Below, piece by piece: positions 48,563 through 59,038 of a stretch of 64,000 bases of DNA. The DNA comes from a virus. The DNA lies in IMG/VR virus record IMGVR_UViG_3300046782_000218, positions 1 to 64,000 of that record; one strand, 5' to 3'. The notes beneath the pieces are model-generated. The model saw nothing but the letters and a program-made list of their open reading frames with translations, had not been told where the DNA came from and searched no databases. Numbering within the stretch: position 1 is the stretch's first letter; the number at the start of each line of letters is the position of its first letter. A program made the position numbers and the translations under genes.

Positions 48563-49999
48563 CTAGTACGGGAGGTAAACGCTGTTGTTGATGATCGCGC
48601 GAATCGTGTACTGATTCGCGCCGCTGAGCGGGCGGCTGGCCTCGTAGGTGAGCGTGGACATGACCACGTCGTCGATCTTGAGATCGTTCGCGTACTTGCT
48701 CAAGGCGATCTGCGGCATCTGGATGTCGATGGTGCCGCCGTTGGCCGGGTGCACCAGGGTGAAGTCCAGGGCGCCCAGGGTGCCGTTGGCCATGCGGCTG
48801 AAGTCGCCGTAGGTGGCGTCGTTGAGGCTGTCGAACACCACATCGAGAGCGCCACTGGTGTGGATCGTGAGCGGGGTGATGAACGAGGGTCCGTGCTGGC
48901 CGGAGTAGGTGTACGTCTCCTTGAGCCCGTTGTCCACGCTGACACTGATGTTGCTGGCCTCAGTGCGCAGCGTGCCGTAGATGGACAGGTTGGCCTCGGC
49001 GAAGACGTAGGGCATCTCGTCGACTATGTTGATGCCGGTCGGGCTGCCCAGGATGGCCACCGACTGGCCGGAGATGTCCAGCGACATCTCCACGGCGGTG
49101 TTGCCTACGGGAGCCTTGAGGTCCCACTTGCCGACCTTACACCCGGCAAACTGGAGGGACTGAAACCCGCCGATGTTCTTCTCTACCGTCAGGGACGACA
49201 ACGTGTTGGCCTGCGTCACGGTGTGCGTGAACGGGGTCGACACAATGATGACCTGAGCTGCCGATGCGTGGTTGAACGTCAGCGGCGAGTCCAGGGTAAG
49301 TGTGTTGGTCACCACGTTGGTAACCTTGCGCACCTCGGACGTGATGCCGCCAGCCACCGTGTTGACGTCGATCTGGATGATCGTTCCGGTGACGATGCCG
49401 GTGGCCGAGGTGACATCGGCTGTGGACGTCGGAGCGGTTATCGGGGCCGACAGGGTGGTGGTGGTTCCCGTGACAGCCGGGTCCAGGGCGGCGTGCGCGT
49501 ATGTGAACGCGTCCGGCACCGTGACGACCGATCCGACCAGGTTGGAGATCAGCCGAGCTTCTCGGGTGCTGCCCGACCCGATGATGATCTCCTGGCCGAT
49601 GGCGAATCCGGTGGGAGACGTCAGCGTGGCGGTGAAGGTGCCAGCGGCTGCGGTTCCGGTGATCGTAGTAGACACCGGGGTGGTGATGGTGCCGTAGACG
49701 CCCCACCCGACAGCCGAGTCAGCGCCGATGGACGCTACGGTGACTTCCATGGCGTTGGACGGGAAGATCGGGCCGGTCACGGTGCCGGTGAACTTGGCCT
49801 CGCCGTACAGGTTGTAGATCTGCTTGTCTCGCACGCCCTGCATCAGCGCCGGAGAGAACCAACCGGGGTCCTCCTCCATGGTGTTGGACGCCATGGGCAG
49901 GAACGTGTTGGCCGCTATCGGAGTGCCGAAGGTTGTCTCCTTGGCGAATCCGGTGGCGGAAAGAGACCCGTACTTTTCCAGGCTCGTGGGGTATGCCAC
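48563..49999 (-). CDS. Major tail tube protein with two inserted beta-rich repeats
   Basis: G.AKETTFGT, SLTVEK..F.GCKV; repeated TT.S...G...G..I.I....E.R.....T.....FNH units. Confidence 0.8.
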   Translation of the reverse strand: MAYPTSLEKYGSLSATGFAKETTFGTPIAANTFLPMASNTMEEDPGWFSPALMQGVRDKQIYNLYGEAKFTGTVTGPIFPSNAMEVTVASIGADSAVGWGVYGTITTPVSTTITGTAAAGTFTATLTSPTGFAIGQEIIIGSGSTREARLISNLVGSVVTVPDAFTYAHAALDPAVTGTTTTLSAPITAPTSTADVTSATGIVTGTIIQIDVNTVAGGITSEVRKVTNVVTNTLTLDSPLTFNHASAAQVIIVSTPFTHTVTQANTLSSLTVEKNIGGFQSLQFAGCKVGKWDLKAPVGNTAVEMSLDISGQSVAILGSPTGINIVDEMPYVFAEANLSIYGTLRTEASNISVSVDNGLKETYTYSGQHGPSFITPLTIHTSGALDVVFDSLNDATYGDFSRMANGTLGALDFTLVHPANGGTIDIQMPQIALSKYANDLKIDDVVMSTLTYEASRPLSGANQYTIRAIINNSVYLPY

Positions 50000-50311
50000 A
50001 GACCTCCTCAGCGGTCGATGTCGTCAGCAGAACCGCTGCTGTCGGTCTTGGCGGCTGGCCGCTTGCGGATGGGGGCGTCCCGGGGCGGGACGGGGGTCTC
50101 TGCGACCTCGGACGGCGTGGCGGGGCTCTCGGCCGTAGGCAGCTCTTCTAGGCCCTCGGTGCCCCCTTCTACGGCTTCTACGTCCGTCCGGTGTATCAGG
50201 CGATCAATGTCGTCATCAGACACCCAGAATTCCTGGCCGGGTTCGACGGTTCCTATCGGAGGCGAAAGGAACGTCACGGTTTTGTCTCCGGTGTACCTCA
50301 GCTTCACAGTG

Positions 50312-50770
50312 TCACCTTCTCCTGAACTCGGCCAGCATGGCATCTCGGTACTGCTGCCGAAGTGACGGCATCATCGGCATCATCGCTCTGCGCGGGAACG
50401 GATCGGGCCTGGTGCCCGGGTGATTAACCCGTTTGGCGAAACGGCCGTGGCCGTCCCTGCCCGTCCAGTGCAGCGCTTTGGCGCGTTTCGCTTCGATGAT
50501 GTGAGGAGGGGTGCCATTCAACACATATTTGGCGTATGGTACCGAGGTAGTGAAGATCACCGACACGCCGAGCATCGAATGGGACATGGTCCGATAGATG
50601 ATGCTGTCTCGCAGCCTACCACCCTCCGGACCAGGAGCCACGGGGGCAAACTGCTTGAGCACCATCCTGCTCCGAGGTGCAGCCTGATTGGCCCAGGTAA
50701 CGGCGGCTCGCTGCCACTTGAACCCGTGGATCGGGTTGTTTTCGGTTCCGGACACCATGACGCTGATCAT
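50312..50770 (-). CDS. HK97 gp10-like neck/tail completion protein
   Basis: APV..GRLRDSI, PYAKYV..GT.PH.I, VNHPGTRP.PF. Confidence 0.75.
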   Translation of the reverse strand: MISVMVSGTENNPIHGFKWQRAAVTWANQAAPRSRMVLKQFAPVAPGPEGGRLRDSIIYRTMSHSMLGVSVIFTTSVPYAKYVLNGTPPHIIEAKRAKALHWTGRDGHGRFAKRVNHPGTRPDPFPRRAMMPMMPSLRQQYRDAMLAEFRRR

Positions 50771-51249
50771 ATCTGCACCGCCTCGTACACATCGAGCCCG
50801 ATCCTAGCAGTGTAATACAACATCCGGAGAGTGGACGGAGTACGTTCCGGCGGATATTCCAGCTCGAAGTCCTCGCCGATGGCCAGAATTTGCGACACCA
50901 CACCGGTTGTTGGGTCGGTGATGAACAGCGGCATCGTTGTCGTCCAAGTCTTGGTCATCACCGCATCAACAATCAGCGGGAATTCTTGATCGACGCTCGG
51001 CTCATCAGGCATCGTCTCCCACGACAGATAGACGTCAACCATCCAGTTCAGGCGTTTGAATCCGGGGCCGCGAGGAGCCGACTGCCGCATACCGCGAAGT
51101 CGGGCCCCGTAGATGTACGCCTTGGGTCGGTCGATGTCCTCGACGGTGGGGGGCGTGATGTACGCCTCCAAATTTCGGTCGAGAGCTGGAATGGGAAGGT
51201 CAGCCAACAGTGACTGCACGTATATCTGTACCGAGTTGAGCGGCATCAA
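50767..51249 (-). CDS. Putative tail terminator
   Basis: Size and synteny only. Confidence 0.45.
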   Translation of the reverse strand: MMPLNSVQIYVQSLLADLPIPALDRNLEAYITPPTVEDIDRPKAYIYGARLRGMRQSAPRGPGFKRLNWMVDVYLSWETMPDEPSVDQEFPLIVDAVMTKTWTTTMPLFITDPTTGVVSQILAIGEDFELEYPPERTPSTLRMLYYTARIGLDVYEAVQI

Positions 51250-52268
51250 ATCACCCGCTTGTACGGCTTGAGCAGTTCCTTGTACTGATCCATCAGATCC
51301 TCGGTTCCGTGGCCGCCCACGGTTTGCGATCCAGGCAGGTTCTGAATCGACACCGACGTGATGCCCGCGTCGAGAGCCTGGGTAGTGGCCGCCAACGTGG
51401 CCGCCCAGATTACATCAGCCGGAAGGGACGACACCAGTACCGTAGCCGGGTTGCCTCCGTTGTGTCCGAACATCAGAGGTTCAGCCAACTGCAACGTTCC
51501 GGGACCGGCCGGAGCCGTTCCGCCACCATTGGGCAAAACCGTTGGGTTGGTGGCCGTTACAGATAGTACGTTTATCACCTCGGTGGATGATCCGTCGTAG
51601 ATGAACGCTGCGGCTCCCGTGAACCCAGTTACGTTGTCAACCGTCAGCGTCGTAGCTCCGGCCGTAGCATCGGACATAAGGCCGCTGTGAGGCCAGCCGT
51701 TGACGTACGAGCAGGCAAACCGGAAGCCGTTCCGCCCAAGAGTCCACCCGGCAAACCCTGGAGCAATGAGAATAGACTGACCACCGGCACCGCCAGAACC
51801 CGAGGGTACGTTAGACCCGTACACGCCGATCACTGGGTTTTCGATGTCGGTCATCGTCGGAGGAACTTGGTTCCACTGCCGAGGGAACGTGCCGTTGGGC
51901 GAAATCTGTACGGCCAACACCTCGGTAACAGGCCACCGGCTTAGCACCCATCGAATATTTCCGGTGCCCTGCTCCAAATTGATCCGAAAATCGCCCGGTC
52001 CGGATCGTTGCTCGTTATCGACCGTGGCTCTCAGCGCCTGGTTGCAGTATCCATCAACGATCGTCGTAGCTCGCCAGCAGATGTTCTGTTGTTCCGCCAA
52101 CTGGTCGGCTGTAGACGCCTTGGGAAACGGGATGATCGACCAGCTGATGCCTGTAGGAGCGTTGCTGATGATGTTGGGGGTTATGTAGGGAGTAGCGATA
52201 TACCCTCCTCCTTGGCCAGCCGCCGAGCGCATTGAGAGCACAACCAGCGCTCGTTGGTCGAGTCCCAT
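51246..52268 (-). CDS. Head-tail adaptor-like protein with a beta insertion
   Basis: AT..VDGYCN, SY..GW, LPADV..A, ELLKPYKR. Confidence 0.6.
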   Translation of the reverse strand: MGLDQRALVVLSMRSAAGQGGGYIATPYITPNIISNAPTGISWSIIPFPKASTADQLAEQQNICWRATTIVDGYCNQALRATVDNEQRSGPGDFRINLEQGTGNIRWVLSRWPVTEVLAVQISPNGTFPRQWNQVPPTMTDIENPVIGVYGSNVPSGSGGAGGQSILIAPGFAGWTLGRNGFRFACSYVNGWPHSGLMSDATAGATTLTVDNVTGFTGAAAFIYDGSSTEVINVLSVTATNPTVLPNGGGTAPAGPGTLQLAEPLMFGHNGGNPATVLVSSLPADVIWAATLAATTQALDAGITSVSIQNLPGSQTVGGHGTEDLMDQYKELLKPYKRVI

Positions 52269-52388
52269 GTCCCGTGTCGGTCACAGAATGACGATCGGCA
52301 GCTATCGCAGTTCCCGACCGGAGGGCGTCCCCGTTGGGGGCACAACTTGCACGAATTCCGGCCCCTCAACGGGTCACCTCCTTCGGCG

Positions 52389-52928
52389 TCAGCTGCTGGC
52401 GGGAGGCTTGCGGGCAGGTGCTGCTGCCTTCTTGGCCGGAGCCGGTGCCTGCTTGACAAGGGGCGGGGTGTTGTCCGGCGCCACCAGCATCGACACGCCG
52501 CATTCCGGGCAGAACTTGGTGCCGGTCGGAACCACGTGGCCACTCGGGCACTCCTCGGTGGTGGGTCCGGTCTGACCCTGGAGAGTACCACCGGTCATGA
52601 TCTGAGCCAACTGCTCGATGGCCTTGGGAAGGTCGCCGAGCTTGGACAGCTCCTGAATGGCGTCATGGGTCGAGTTCTCTCGCTGACGCTTGCCTGCGCG
52701 CTGGTCGGATTCGCGCCGCATCTGCTCGTCGGGAGTCTCGGGGATGTCGTCCGGGTGCCCCGCCCAGTGCGGGTCACTGCGAAGGATGTCTTCGCAGGGG
52801 CCGCAGGTCAGAGCCCAGATCTTGTCAGGCGCACCCTCGCGTACGGGTCGGCTGTGAGTTTCTCCACAGCCTCCGTGCTGGGGCGAAATCGAAACGCCCA
52901 TCACGTCGCTACGAGCGTAAGCGGTCAT
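52389..52928 (-). CDS. Zn-ribbon protein in the head module
   Basis: CGETH, CGPC, CPSGH..KFCPECG. Confidence 0.6.
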   Translation of the reverse strand: MTAYARSDVMGVSISPQHGGCGETHSRPVREGAPDKIWALTCGPCEDILRSDPHWAGHPDDIPETPDEQMRRESDQRAGKRQRENSTHDAIQELSKLGDLPKAIEQLAQIMTGGTLQGQTGPTTEECPSGHVVPTGTKFCPECGVSMLVAPDNTPPLVKQAPAPAKKAAAPARKPPASS

Positions 52929-52958
52929 CGCAACCTCATTTTCCTACTTGTCAAGCGC

Positions 52959-53237
52959 TTAAACAGCGCGAGTCGGTTCCCCGCAGCGGGGGCAGATCTT
53001 GTTCCAGGCATTCCACAGCCGACCACACGGGTCGCACCGTTGGCCGTTCTTAGTTCCGAAAGAGACGGCACCCTTGGCCTCTACCAGGCCGGTAGACCCG
53101 AACTGGCCACGGTTGATAGCGGAAGCGTGACGGTCATCGACCGTAATCGATCCGCCGGGTCGAGACGCCGTGTACTTGGTGCCGTCCTTGCAGTCGAACC
53201 CAGAACAGCCGGGGGGTAGCTGAACCTTCACGCTCAC
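52959..53237 (-). CDS. Small Zn-ribbon protein
   Basis: CDPCG..CPRCG. Confidence 0.55.
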   Translation of the reverse strand: MSVKVQLPPGCSGFDCKDGTKYTASRPGGSITVDDRHASAINRGQFGSTGLVEAKGAVSFGTKNGQRCDPCGRLWNAWNKICPRCGEPTRAV

Positions 53238-53249
53238 TGCGCGACTCCC

Positions 53250-53543
53250 TTACTGTGCGGTTGATATGAACGCGCCGACCGGAGTCGGACCGGCAACCGA
53301 TCCGATGCCGTACAGGGTGACACCCTTGGAGCCTACGAAAGTGGTCAGAGTGACAGACTGGCCGCCCACTATGGGCGCTCCGTTGGCCGTGGTGACGTTG
53401 GCGGAGGTGCCTATGTACACGATGGTGGTGCTGGCTGCCCCTACGGTCAAGGTGACGCTGCTGGCCCCTGGAGGAACGTCGCAGATCTTGACGGCAGACG
53501 CCGTCACGGAAGCCTGATACGCGGTTATGGCCACGGAGGTCAT
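53250..53543 (-). CDS. Small beta-rich virion protein (paralog C)
   Basis: VYIG...VT..NG.PI..GQSV. Confidence 0.55.
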   Translation of the reverse strand: MTSVAITAYQASVTASAVKICDVPPGASSVTLTVGAASTTIVYIGTSANVTTANGAPIVGGQSVTLTTFVGSKGVTLYGIGSVAGPTPVGAFISTAQ

Positions 53544-54025
53544 ACCCCGCTGACCACGCGCACCGCGCCGTTGTTGGAAGCACTGAGCTGGCCGAAAGTT
53601 ACGCCGGTACCGTGGTCGAAAGCCAGAGCAGACACGACCACGCTAGTGCCAGTGGACCCAGCACCTACCGTGACCACCTCGGTGCTGTTACCGTCCTGGA
53701 CCACTACCACCATGCCGTTGGTGTAGCTTGCGCCGCCGGAAGCCACGGGGAGGGCGGTACCGGTGGCCACCACACTGCCGGACGTTACGCTGGTGGGAGC
53801 CTTGACTGCGCCTGCACCCGACACGGCGTAGATGGACTGCGCCACGGACGGCAGGCTGATCTCCTGGTTGGGCGCCAGGGGGAACCCGGTGGCCGACGTC
53901 ACACCGGTCTGACCGAGGTACACAGTCACCGGGCTGGTGTTGGTGATGATGAAGTTCTGGGCGTTCGCCTGCGGAGCAAAAACCAGAACCGGAGCCGTGC
54001 CGACCGTTGCGGTCGAGGTCGCCAT
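53540..54025 (-). CDS. Small beta-rich virion protein (paralog B)
   Basis: IITNTS..TVYLG..VT..TGFPLAP.Q.I...IYAV. Confidence 0.6.
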   Translation of the reverse strand: MATSTATVGTAPVLVFAPQANAQNFIITNTSPVTVYLGQTGVTSATGFPLAPNQEISLPSVAQSIYAVSGAGAVKAPTSVTSGSVVATGTALPVASGGASYTNGMVVVVQDGNSTEVVTVGAGSTGTSVVVSALAFDHGTGVTFGQLSASNNGAVRVVSGV

Positions 54026-54089
54026 ACTGTAGCCTTTCTTGGCCAACGCCCGACCCCCGCACACCAGGGGTCGGGCTGCTGCGGGCGGA

Positions 54090-54410
54090 CTAGTCGACGA
54101 CGTTGCCGGTGGCGAAACCGGCCTCGATCGTGGTTGTTCCGGACGCGGTGATGGCGTACACGTCGCCGAGGGTGTTGCCCTTGACGTACTTGTAGCCGTT
54201 GATCACGATCTGCTGGCCGGGAGCCAGCCGCAGGCCGGTGACGGTCACAGCCGCGATGCCGACGAAGCAGGTCGTGGTGCCGGTGTTGATGATGGTAAGG
54301 TCAGTCAAATTGGCACCTGTGGAGTACAGGGCCGAGGTGGTGTCGAACACCTTGGTCGCCGAGTTGGTGACGGTGGTGTTCTGCACCGTAGATGCAGCAA
54401 AGATGGCCAT
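54090..54410 (-). CDS. Small beta-rich virion protein (paralog A), possible capsid decoration
   Basis: IINTG..TCFVG..VT.TGLRLAPGQ.I...VYAI; directly after the capsid gene. Confidence 0.6.
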   Translation of the reverse strand: MAIFAASTVQNTTVTNSATKVFDTTSALYSTGANLTDLTIINTGTTTCFVGIAAVTVTGLRLAPGQQIVINGYKYVKGNTLGDVYAITASGTTTIEAGFATGNVVD

Positions 54411-54497
54411 GCCGCTGGTTCCTCTCTACACGAGCCGAAGGAGGGCAACCGGGCGACCTGCTCCACCCTCGAAGAGCAGGTCGCCCGGTAGTGTGCG

Positions 54498-56324
54498 TCA
54501 GCTAAACGGGGTGACGTCGCTGACCTGGAGGCCCTGGATCAGGCCGGAGTAGAACGGGGCGTGGCTGACCAGCGCGCCGTACATGAAGATCGAGTAGCGG
54601 AACGTAGCGTCGATGACGGGCCAGGCGATGGACACATAGTCCTGCACCATGGTCATCTCCCACGCGTTGGCGACGTTGGTCCACGTCTGCGGGAGCTGGT
54701 AGGTCATGAGCATCGCCGTGCCCTGGGTGAGCCACGGGTGGACGACGAGCTTGAGCACCGACCGGGTGATCGGGTTCTGGAACTCGGAGACCGCAGCGCC
54801 GACGCGAACGCCGGGAACCTCGGACTGTTCCAGGAACAGCCGGTAGTTCGTGGCCGAACCCTGCGCGATCACGTCGTTGGACAGGCGCATGATGTCGCCA
54901 CCATCGCCGACGATCTCGGCCGGGTCGGCACGGAACGCACCCGGGTTGTTGCTGCTCTGGTTCTCCCACAGGGAGTCGAGCGCGGTGTACAGAACGTTGT
55001 AGTTCAGGTGGCTGGCCGCCGACGGGTTGTAGTACCCGCCCTGCCATCCCGAGGGGTAGATGCCCGAACCGGCGGACTTGCCCGCCAGCGTCGGGATGAT
55101 GCCCTCCATGCGGGTCGGGGAACCCGTGGTGGTGTCGGAGGTCGGGGGGATCGGCTGGGTGGAGAGAGCCGCCGCGCCCTGCAGGGTGTACTTGACACCG
55201 CCCACGCCGGTCGCGAAGCGGTACCAGTTGGTGCCGTCCGTCGAGGTGTAGATGTTGTAGGTGAGAGCACCGGTCGAGGGGCCGATGGTGAGGTCCACCA
55301 CCTGGCTGGCCGCTACGGTGGTGGCGGTGGACGCCGAGGGGACGGTCTCGCCGTAGTAGTTCGCGGCGGTGACCTTGACCGAGGTGACCGAGGTCGCCAG
55401 CGCGGTTTCGCCGGAACCCGCCGCGCGCACGACTGCCGACACGATGGTCGGAGCGGCCAGCGTGGTTGAGGTTGCCGCCAGCATTTGGTATTCCTCGCCG
55501 AGCATCATCTCCTGCAGGAGGATGAGGTTGGCGAGGGCCGACACGTCCTCGAAGCCCTGACCGGCGAACTGCGCCAGCCACGACAGCGATTCCGTCAGAC
55601 CGAAGAACCGGTAGGGCACGTTGATCGTGACCTCGGTCTGGCTGCCGGACTGCGGGAGGTTGAGCGGCCACGAGGTCATGCTCGGGTTGCCGGTCTGGAC
55701 CAGCTCGGGGATCGAGATGTCGAGCACGCCCTGACCGCCGGTCTGAGAACCGGAGATGCCCGTGAACACCTTCTCGATACGGCTGGTACCCTGACCGGCC
55801 GGTCGCGGAAGCTTGTTCCGGAATACCGTGTACATCGGGTAGATCAGCCGGGACGGAGCCAGTAGGTCGAACGGGACCAGGCCGGAGACCGTGCCGATGC
55901 CGAGGTTACCGGCAGTGAACGACTTCAGCGCGTCTGCACCGCCCGGCATGTTGCCGAGGACCTGGGAGAGCTGCTCTCCGAGCGACGGGGTGTTGAGCGC
56001 GGTCTTGAGGTAACCGAACTGGTTGAGGAAACCCGGGTTCAGACCCTTGACCACGTCCGACTTGGCGTAGAACCCGCGCTGCGTCTCTGCCCGCAGGTCC
56101 ATGGCCGCCTGGTGCGACTTGGTCATGATGGCGACCGGGTCGGTCAGCGGCTCGTTGCCGCCACCTGCATACCCGGCACCCTTGACCATGAACGGCATGC
56201 GAGCCTTGAGCATGTCGCCCGAGTGGTTGTAGCGCGTGGATTCCGCCTCAGCGGCCTTCACGACCTGTCCGGCCTGAGCAGCCGGGGCAGCCGGGGCAGG
56301 GTCCATGGTGAGGATGTCAGCCAC
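54498..56324 (-). CDS. Major capsid protein (608 aa, with inserted beta/FN3-like domain)
   Basis: Follows the protease; AAGGAG RBS; strong GC3 bias; FDL.AP...IYP....RN.LPR..GQG; hairpin 54449-54489 downstream. Confidence 0.8.
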   Translation of the reverse strand: MADILTMDPAPAAPAAQAGQVVKAAEAESTRYNHSGDMLKARMPFMVKGAGYAGGGNEPLTDPVAIMTKSHQAAMDLRAETQRGFYAKSDVVKGLNPGFLNQFGYLKTALNTPSLGEQLSQVLGNMPGGADALKSFTAGNLGIGTVSGLVPFDLLAPSRLIYPMYTVFRNKLPRPAGQGTSRIEKVFTGISGSQTGGQGVLDISIPELVQTGNPSMTSWPLNLPQSGSQTEVTINVPYRFFGLTESLSWLAQFAGQGFEDVSALANLILLQEMMLGEEYQMLAATSTTLAAPTIVSAVVRAAGSGETALATSVTSVKVTAANYYGETVPSASTATTVAASQVVDLTIGPSTGALTYNIYTSTDGTNWYRFATGVGGVKYTLQGAAALSTQPIPPTSDTTTGSPTRMEGIIPTLAGKSAGSGIYPSGWQGGYYNPSAASHLNYNVLYTALDSLWENQSSNNPGAFRADPAEIVGDGGDIMRLSNDVIAQGSATNYRLFLEQSEVPGVRVGAAVSEFQNPITRSVLKLVVHPWLTQGTAMLMTYQLPQTWTNVANAWEMTMVQDYVSIAWPVIDATFRYSIFMYGALVSHAPFYSGLIQGLQVSDVTPFS

Positions 56325-56363
56325 AGACTTCTCCTTAACATTATGGTGTAGCGGGAAGGTGGT

Positions 56364-59030
56364 TCAGGTGGTGGGCAGCCCGCGCATCTTGACGAGCGCG
56401 TTCCAGGCAGCTTCCCGCTGCGCCGGGTCAGGGCTGGCGCGGAACTGAGATTCCAGTTCGCGCATCATCATCATCTGGGTCCGCTCTGCGGTCTCAGCGA
56501 CTGTGGCAATGCCGGTCAAACCGGCAGACTTGGTGACCGGATTCTGTCCGGCCCCCTTGAAAGCAGCGACCCGGGGGTCAGGCAGGTCACCCAGAGCATC
56601 GACGTTCTTGGACAGGCTGGCGACCTGCTCACTGAGCGAGGTTACCTGCTTGAGCAGTTCGGTGATGACCGGGTCCTGCGCGTGTTCGGCCTTGAGAAGC
56701 TTGGCCTTCTTGTGCTTCTTGGCCTTGGGCTCCGCGTTCTTGCCGACCCCCATGGGAGCGGGCCGAGCGCCGACCGGAGGAGTTCCCGCGAGTCCCGGTG
56801 CCACCATGGGGCAGAGGTCGGGGAATGTCTGGGAGATGTGGTCGTGCATGCTTCGCATGGCGTTGGCTGCCGCGTTGCGAATCGAAGACGCGTACTCGAC
56901 ACGGCTGATGATGCCGGTGTTCTTGTTGGACGGGCTGTCCGAAGCGTGGCCTCCGGCGAGGTACCCTCGGGTGTAGTCGCTGGCGTCCATGTGTCGAGTG
57001 GGCACGTTGGCCGTGTTGGGGCCGCTGGCTCCCGGACTGTTGTCCGCGTGACCGGCCGAGATGTACGGACGGTTGAACTTGGACGGGCTTAGTTCGGTGG
57101 GCGTCGGGAAGGTTGCCGGGCCCTGGTTCGCGTCGCGGAATGCCTTGTGCGATTCGATCCGCAGATCGTTGATGACCTCGTCACCGGCCATCTTGAGCGT
57201 GTCGGCCTCCTGCCAGAGCGCCGTTGCCTTGGTCGCCTGTTCCAGGGTGCCGCCCGTGGCTGCGTCCAGAGCTGCCGACTGCCAGTACCCGAGGTCCATG
57301 CCGCTGACCTTGAACGAGGGGTGAGACTTAGCCACGTCGTCCGGGTGGTACCCCGCGCACAGAGTGTCGTGCAAGGCAGCCAGGTCGTAGGGGACACCGA
57401 TCGTCTTGATGCGGGTCAGCGACTTCATGGCCGCCGTGTCCGGGTCGGTCGGCAGACCAGCGTCGTGTTCGAGCGCTTCCACCGCTTCTCCGTCCGGCTC
57501 ACGGTGTGCAGGCACCGGCTTGACGTCCGATGCACCTTCACCGACCACGCCAGCACCCGGGGTAGGCTTTCCCGCCTTGTTGTTCATGCCCTCGTACCCC
57601 GGGTTCTGCTTTCCGCACCTCGGGCAATACTTCTCGTCGTCGTCCAGCTCGCGACCGCACCCGAGGCAGTTGAAGTCGTGCCCCTTCTGGGCCTTCATGC
57701 AACCGTCGCACCCGCAAGTGCACCCAGTCTGGCACGAGCAATCGGGACCGCAACCGCAGTCGCACTTGTTGGCCGCCTTCACAGCCGACATGTCGTTGCC
57801 GCACTCCGGGCAGAAGTTGTGATCAGCATCGATATTGGCACCGCAGCCAGCGCACATGCACTTGATCTTGTCGCCCTTGACGGCCGTGGAGTCCTCAACT
57901 CCCTTGGCCATGGGCAGGCCCGTGCCGCACTTGTCGCACTTACGGAGCTTCGAGTCAGCGTGGAACGACTTGCCGCAGTTGGGGCAGTCCTTCGCACCCT
58001 TGGTTGACTCGGCCGGAGGCTGGTGTTCACTGGAGAACGTCGGGTGCGCTCCGGCGAACGGGGAAGAGCCGCCGCTCATCTCGTCAGCCTTCTTCTTGCG
58101 CTTGTCCTTCTTCTTCTCGACCAGCGTGTCGGTCGTAGATTCTCCCTTCCAGCTCTCCGGAAGCTCTTGTACGAACTCCGGTCCGAGTCGCCTCGCAATC
58201 CGGATGATGTTCTCCTTGAGCTTGTCCGAACTGTAGTTGTCCGTACCTGCCCGACCGATCGAACTGGCCGCGTCGGACACATCGCCCGGCTTGACGATCG
58301 GGAACGATCGGTCACGTCCGGCAAAGTTGGCCGCCGGGATCTTGTCCCGGTCCACGCCACCGCCAACGCTGGGGTCCATCTGGCGCTTTTCCGCCAGCGC
58401 ACGATGTTCGAGCAGCTTGGCCAGATCAGCCGGGCTGAACGTCGAGTGGGCGGGAAGCTCGACGGTCTTCACATCGTCGGCTGCCTTCTGGATGAGCGTA
58501 CTGTTGCCGAACACCTTGCCGACCCATTCGGCATGGCCGTCGTCGCCAGCTGACTTGACCAGTTGGATGCCGCAGTTCTTGTTGGCCGGACGATCCACGA
58601 GGCTGATCTCGACGATCTCGCCGCCGACGATCCGGCCACCTCGGGCCACAGAATCCCGGACGATCTTGGGCCGAGCGATGCCGACCGAGTACGCTCGGAG
58701 AGCACCCTTCTCGACCAGACGCTTGGCTACCGGTTCGATCACCAGTGATTTTACCCAGGTCTCTCCGTCGCCGCCGGAGTTGACCTCGATTCCCACGCCT
58801 GCCGGGTCTCGCTGGGCATTGTGCTGAACACGTACGTTGGCTCCACTAGACAGCCAATCGGCGATGGCCTTGGAACTGAAATCCGGGTCAACGATCTGTT
58901 CGTCGGAGTCCACGCTGCCGTCAGTGGCCTTGCCGTAAACCAGCAGGTCACCATCGGGGGTGGTCTCAGTCTTCTCGATGGGGAAGCTGACGTAGGTCAG
59001 CTCCGAATTGGGCGTTAGAGTCGCAGCCAT
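56364..59030 (-). CDS. HK97-type prohead protease fused to Zn ribbons and a scaffold-like tail
   Basis: VYGKAT..DSDEQIV, QH, GALRAYSVG, EISLVDRPAN. Confidence 0.88.
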   Translation of the reverse strand: MAATLTPNSELTYVSFPIEKTETTPDGDLLVYGKATDGSVDSDEQIVDPDFSSKAIADWLSSGANVRVQHNAQRDPAGVGIEVNSGGDGETWVKSLVIEPVAKRLVEKGALRAYSVGIARPKIVRDSVARGGRIVGGEIVEISLVDRPANKNCGIQLVKSAGDDGHAEWVGKVFGNSTLIQKAADDVKTVELPAHSTFSPADLAKLLEHRALAEKRQMDPSVGGGVDRDKIPAANFAGRDRSFPIVKPGDVSDAASSIGRAGTDNYSSDKLKENIIRIARRLGPEFVQELPESWKGESTTDTLVEKKKDKRKKKADEMSGGSSPFAGAHPTFSSEHQPPAESTKGAKDCPNCGKSFHADSKLRKCDKCGTGLPMAKGVEDSTAVKGDKIKCMCAGCGANIDADHNFCPECGNDMSAVKAANKCDCGCGPDCSCQTGCTCGCDGCMKAQKGHDFNCLGCGRELDDDEKYCPRCGKQNPGYEGMNNKAGKPTPGAGVVGEGASDVKPVPAHREPDGEAVEALEHDAGLPTDPDTAAMKSLTRIKTIGVPYDLAALHDTLCAGYHPDDVAKSHPSFKVSGMDLGYWQSAALDAATGGTLEQATKATALWQEADTLKMAGDEVINDLRIESHKAFRDANQGPATFPTPTELSPSKFNRPYISAGHADNSPGASGPNTANVPTRHMDASDYTRGYLAGGHASDSPSNKNTGIISRVEYASSIRNAAANAMRSMHDHISQTFPDLCPMVAPGLAGTPPVGARPAPMGVGKNAEPKAKKHKKAKLLKAEHAQDPVITELLKQVTSLSEQVASLSKNVDALGDLPDPRVAAFKGAGQNPVTKSAGLTGIATVAETAERTQMMMMRELESQFRASPDPAQREAAWNALVKMRGLPTT

Positions 59031-59038
59031 AAGGCCCC

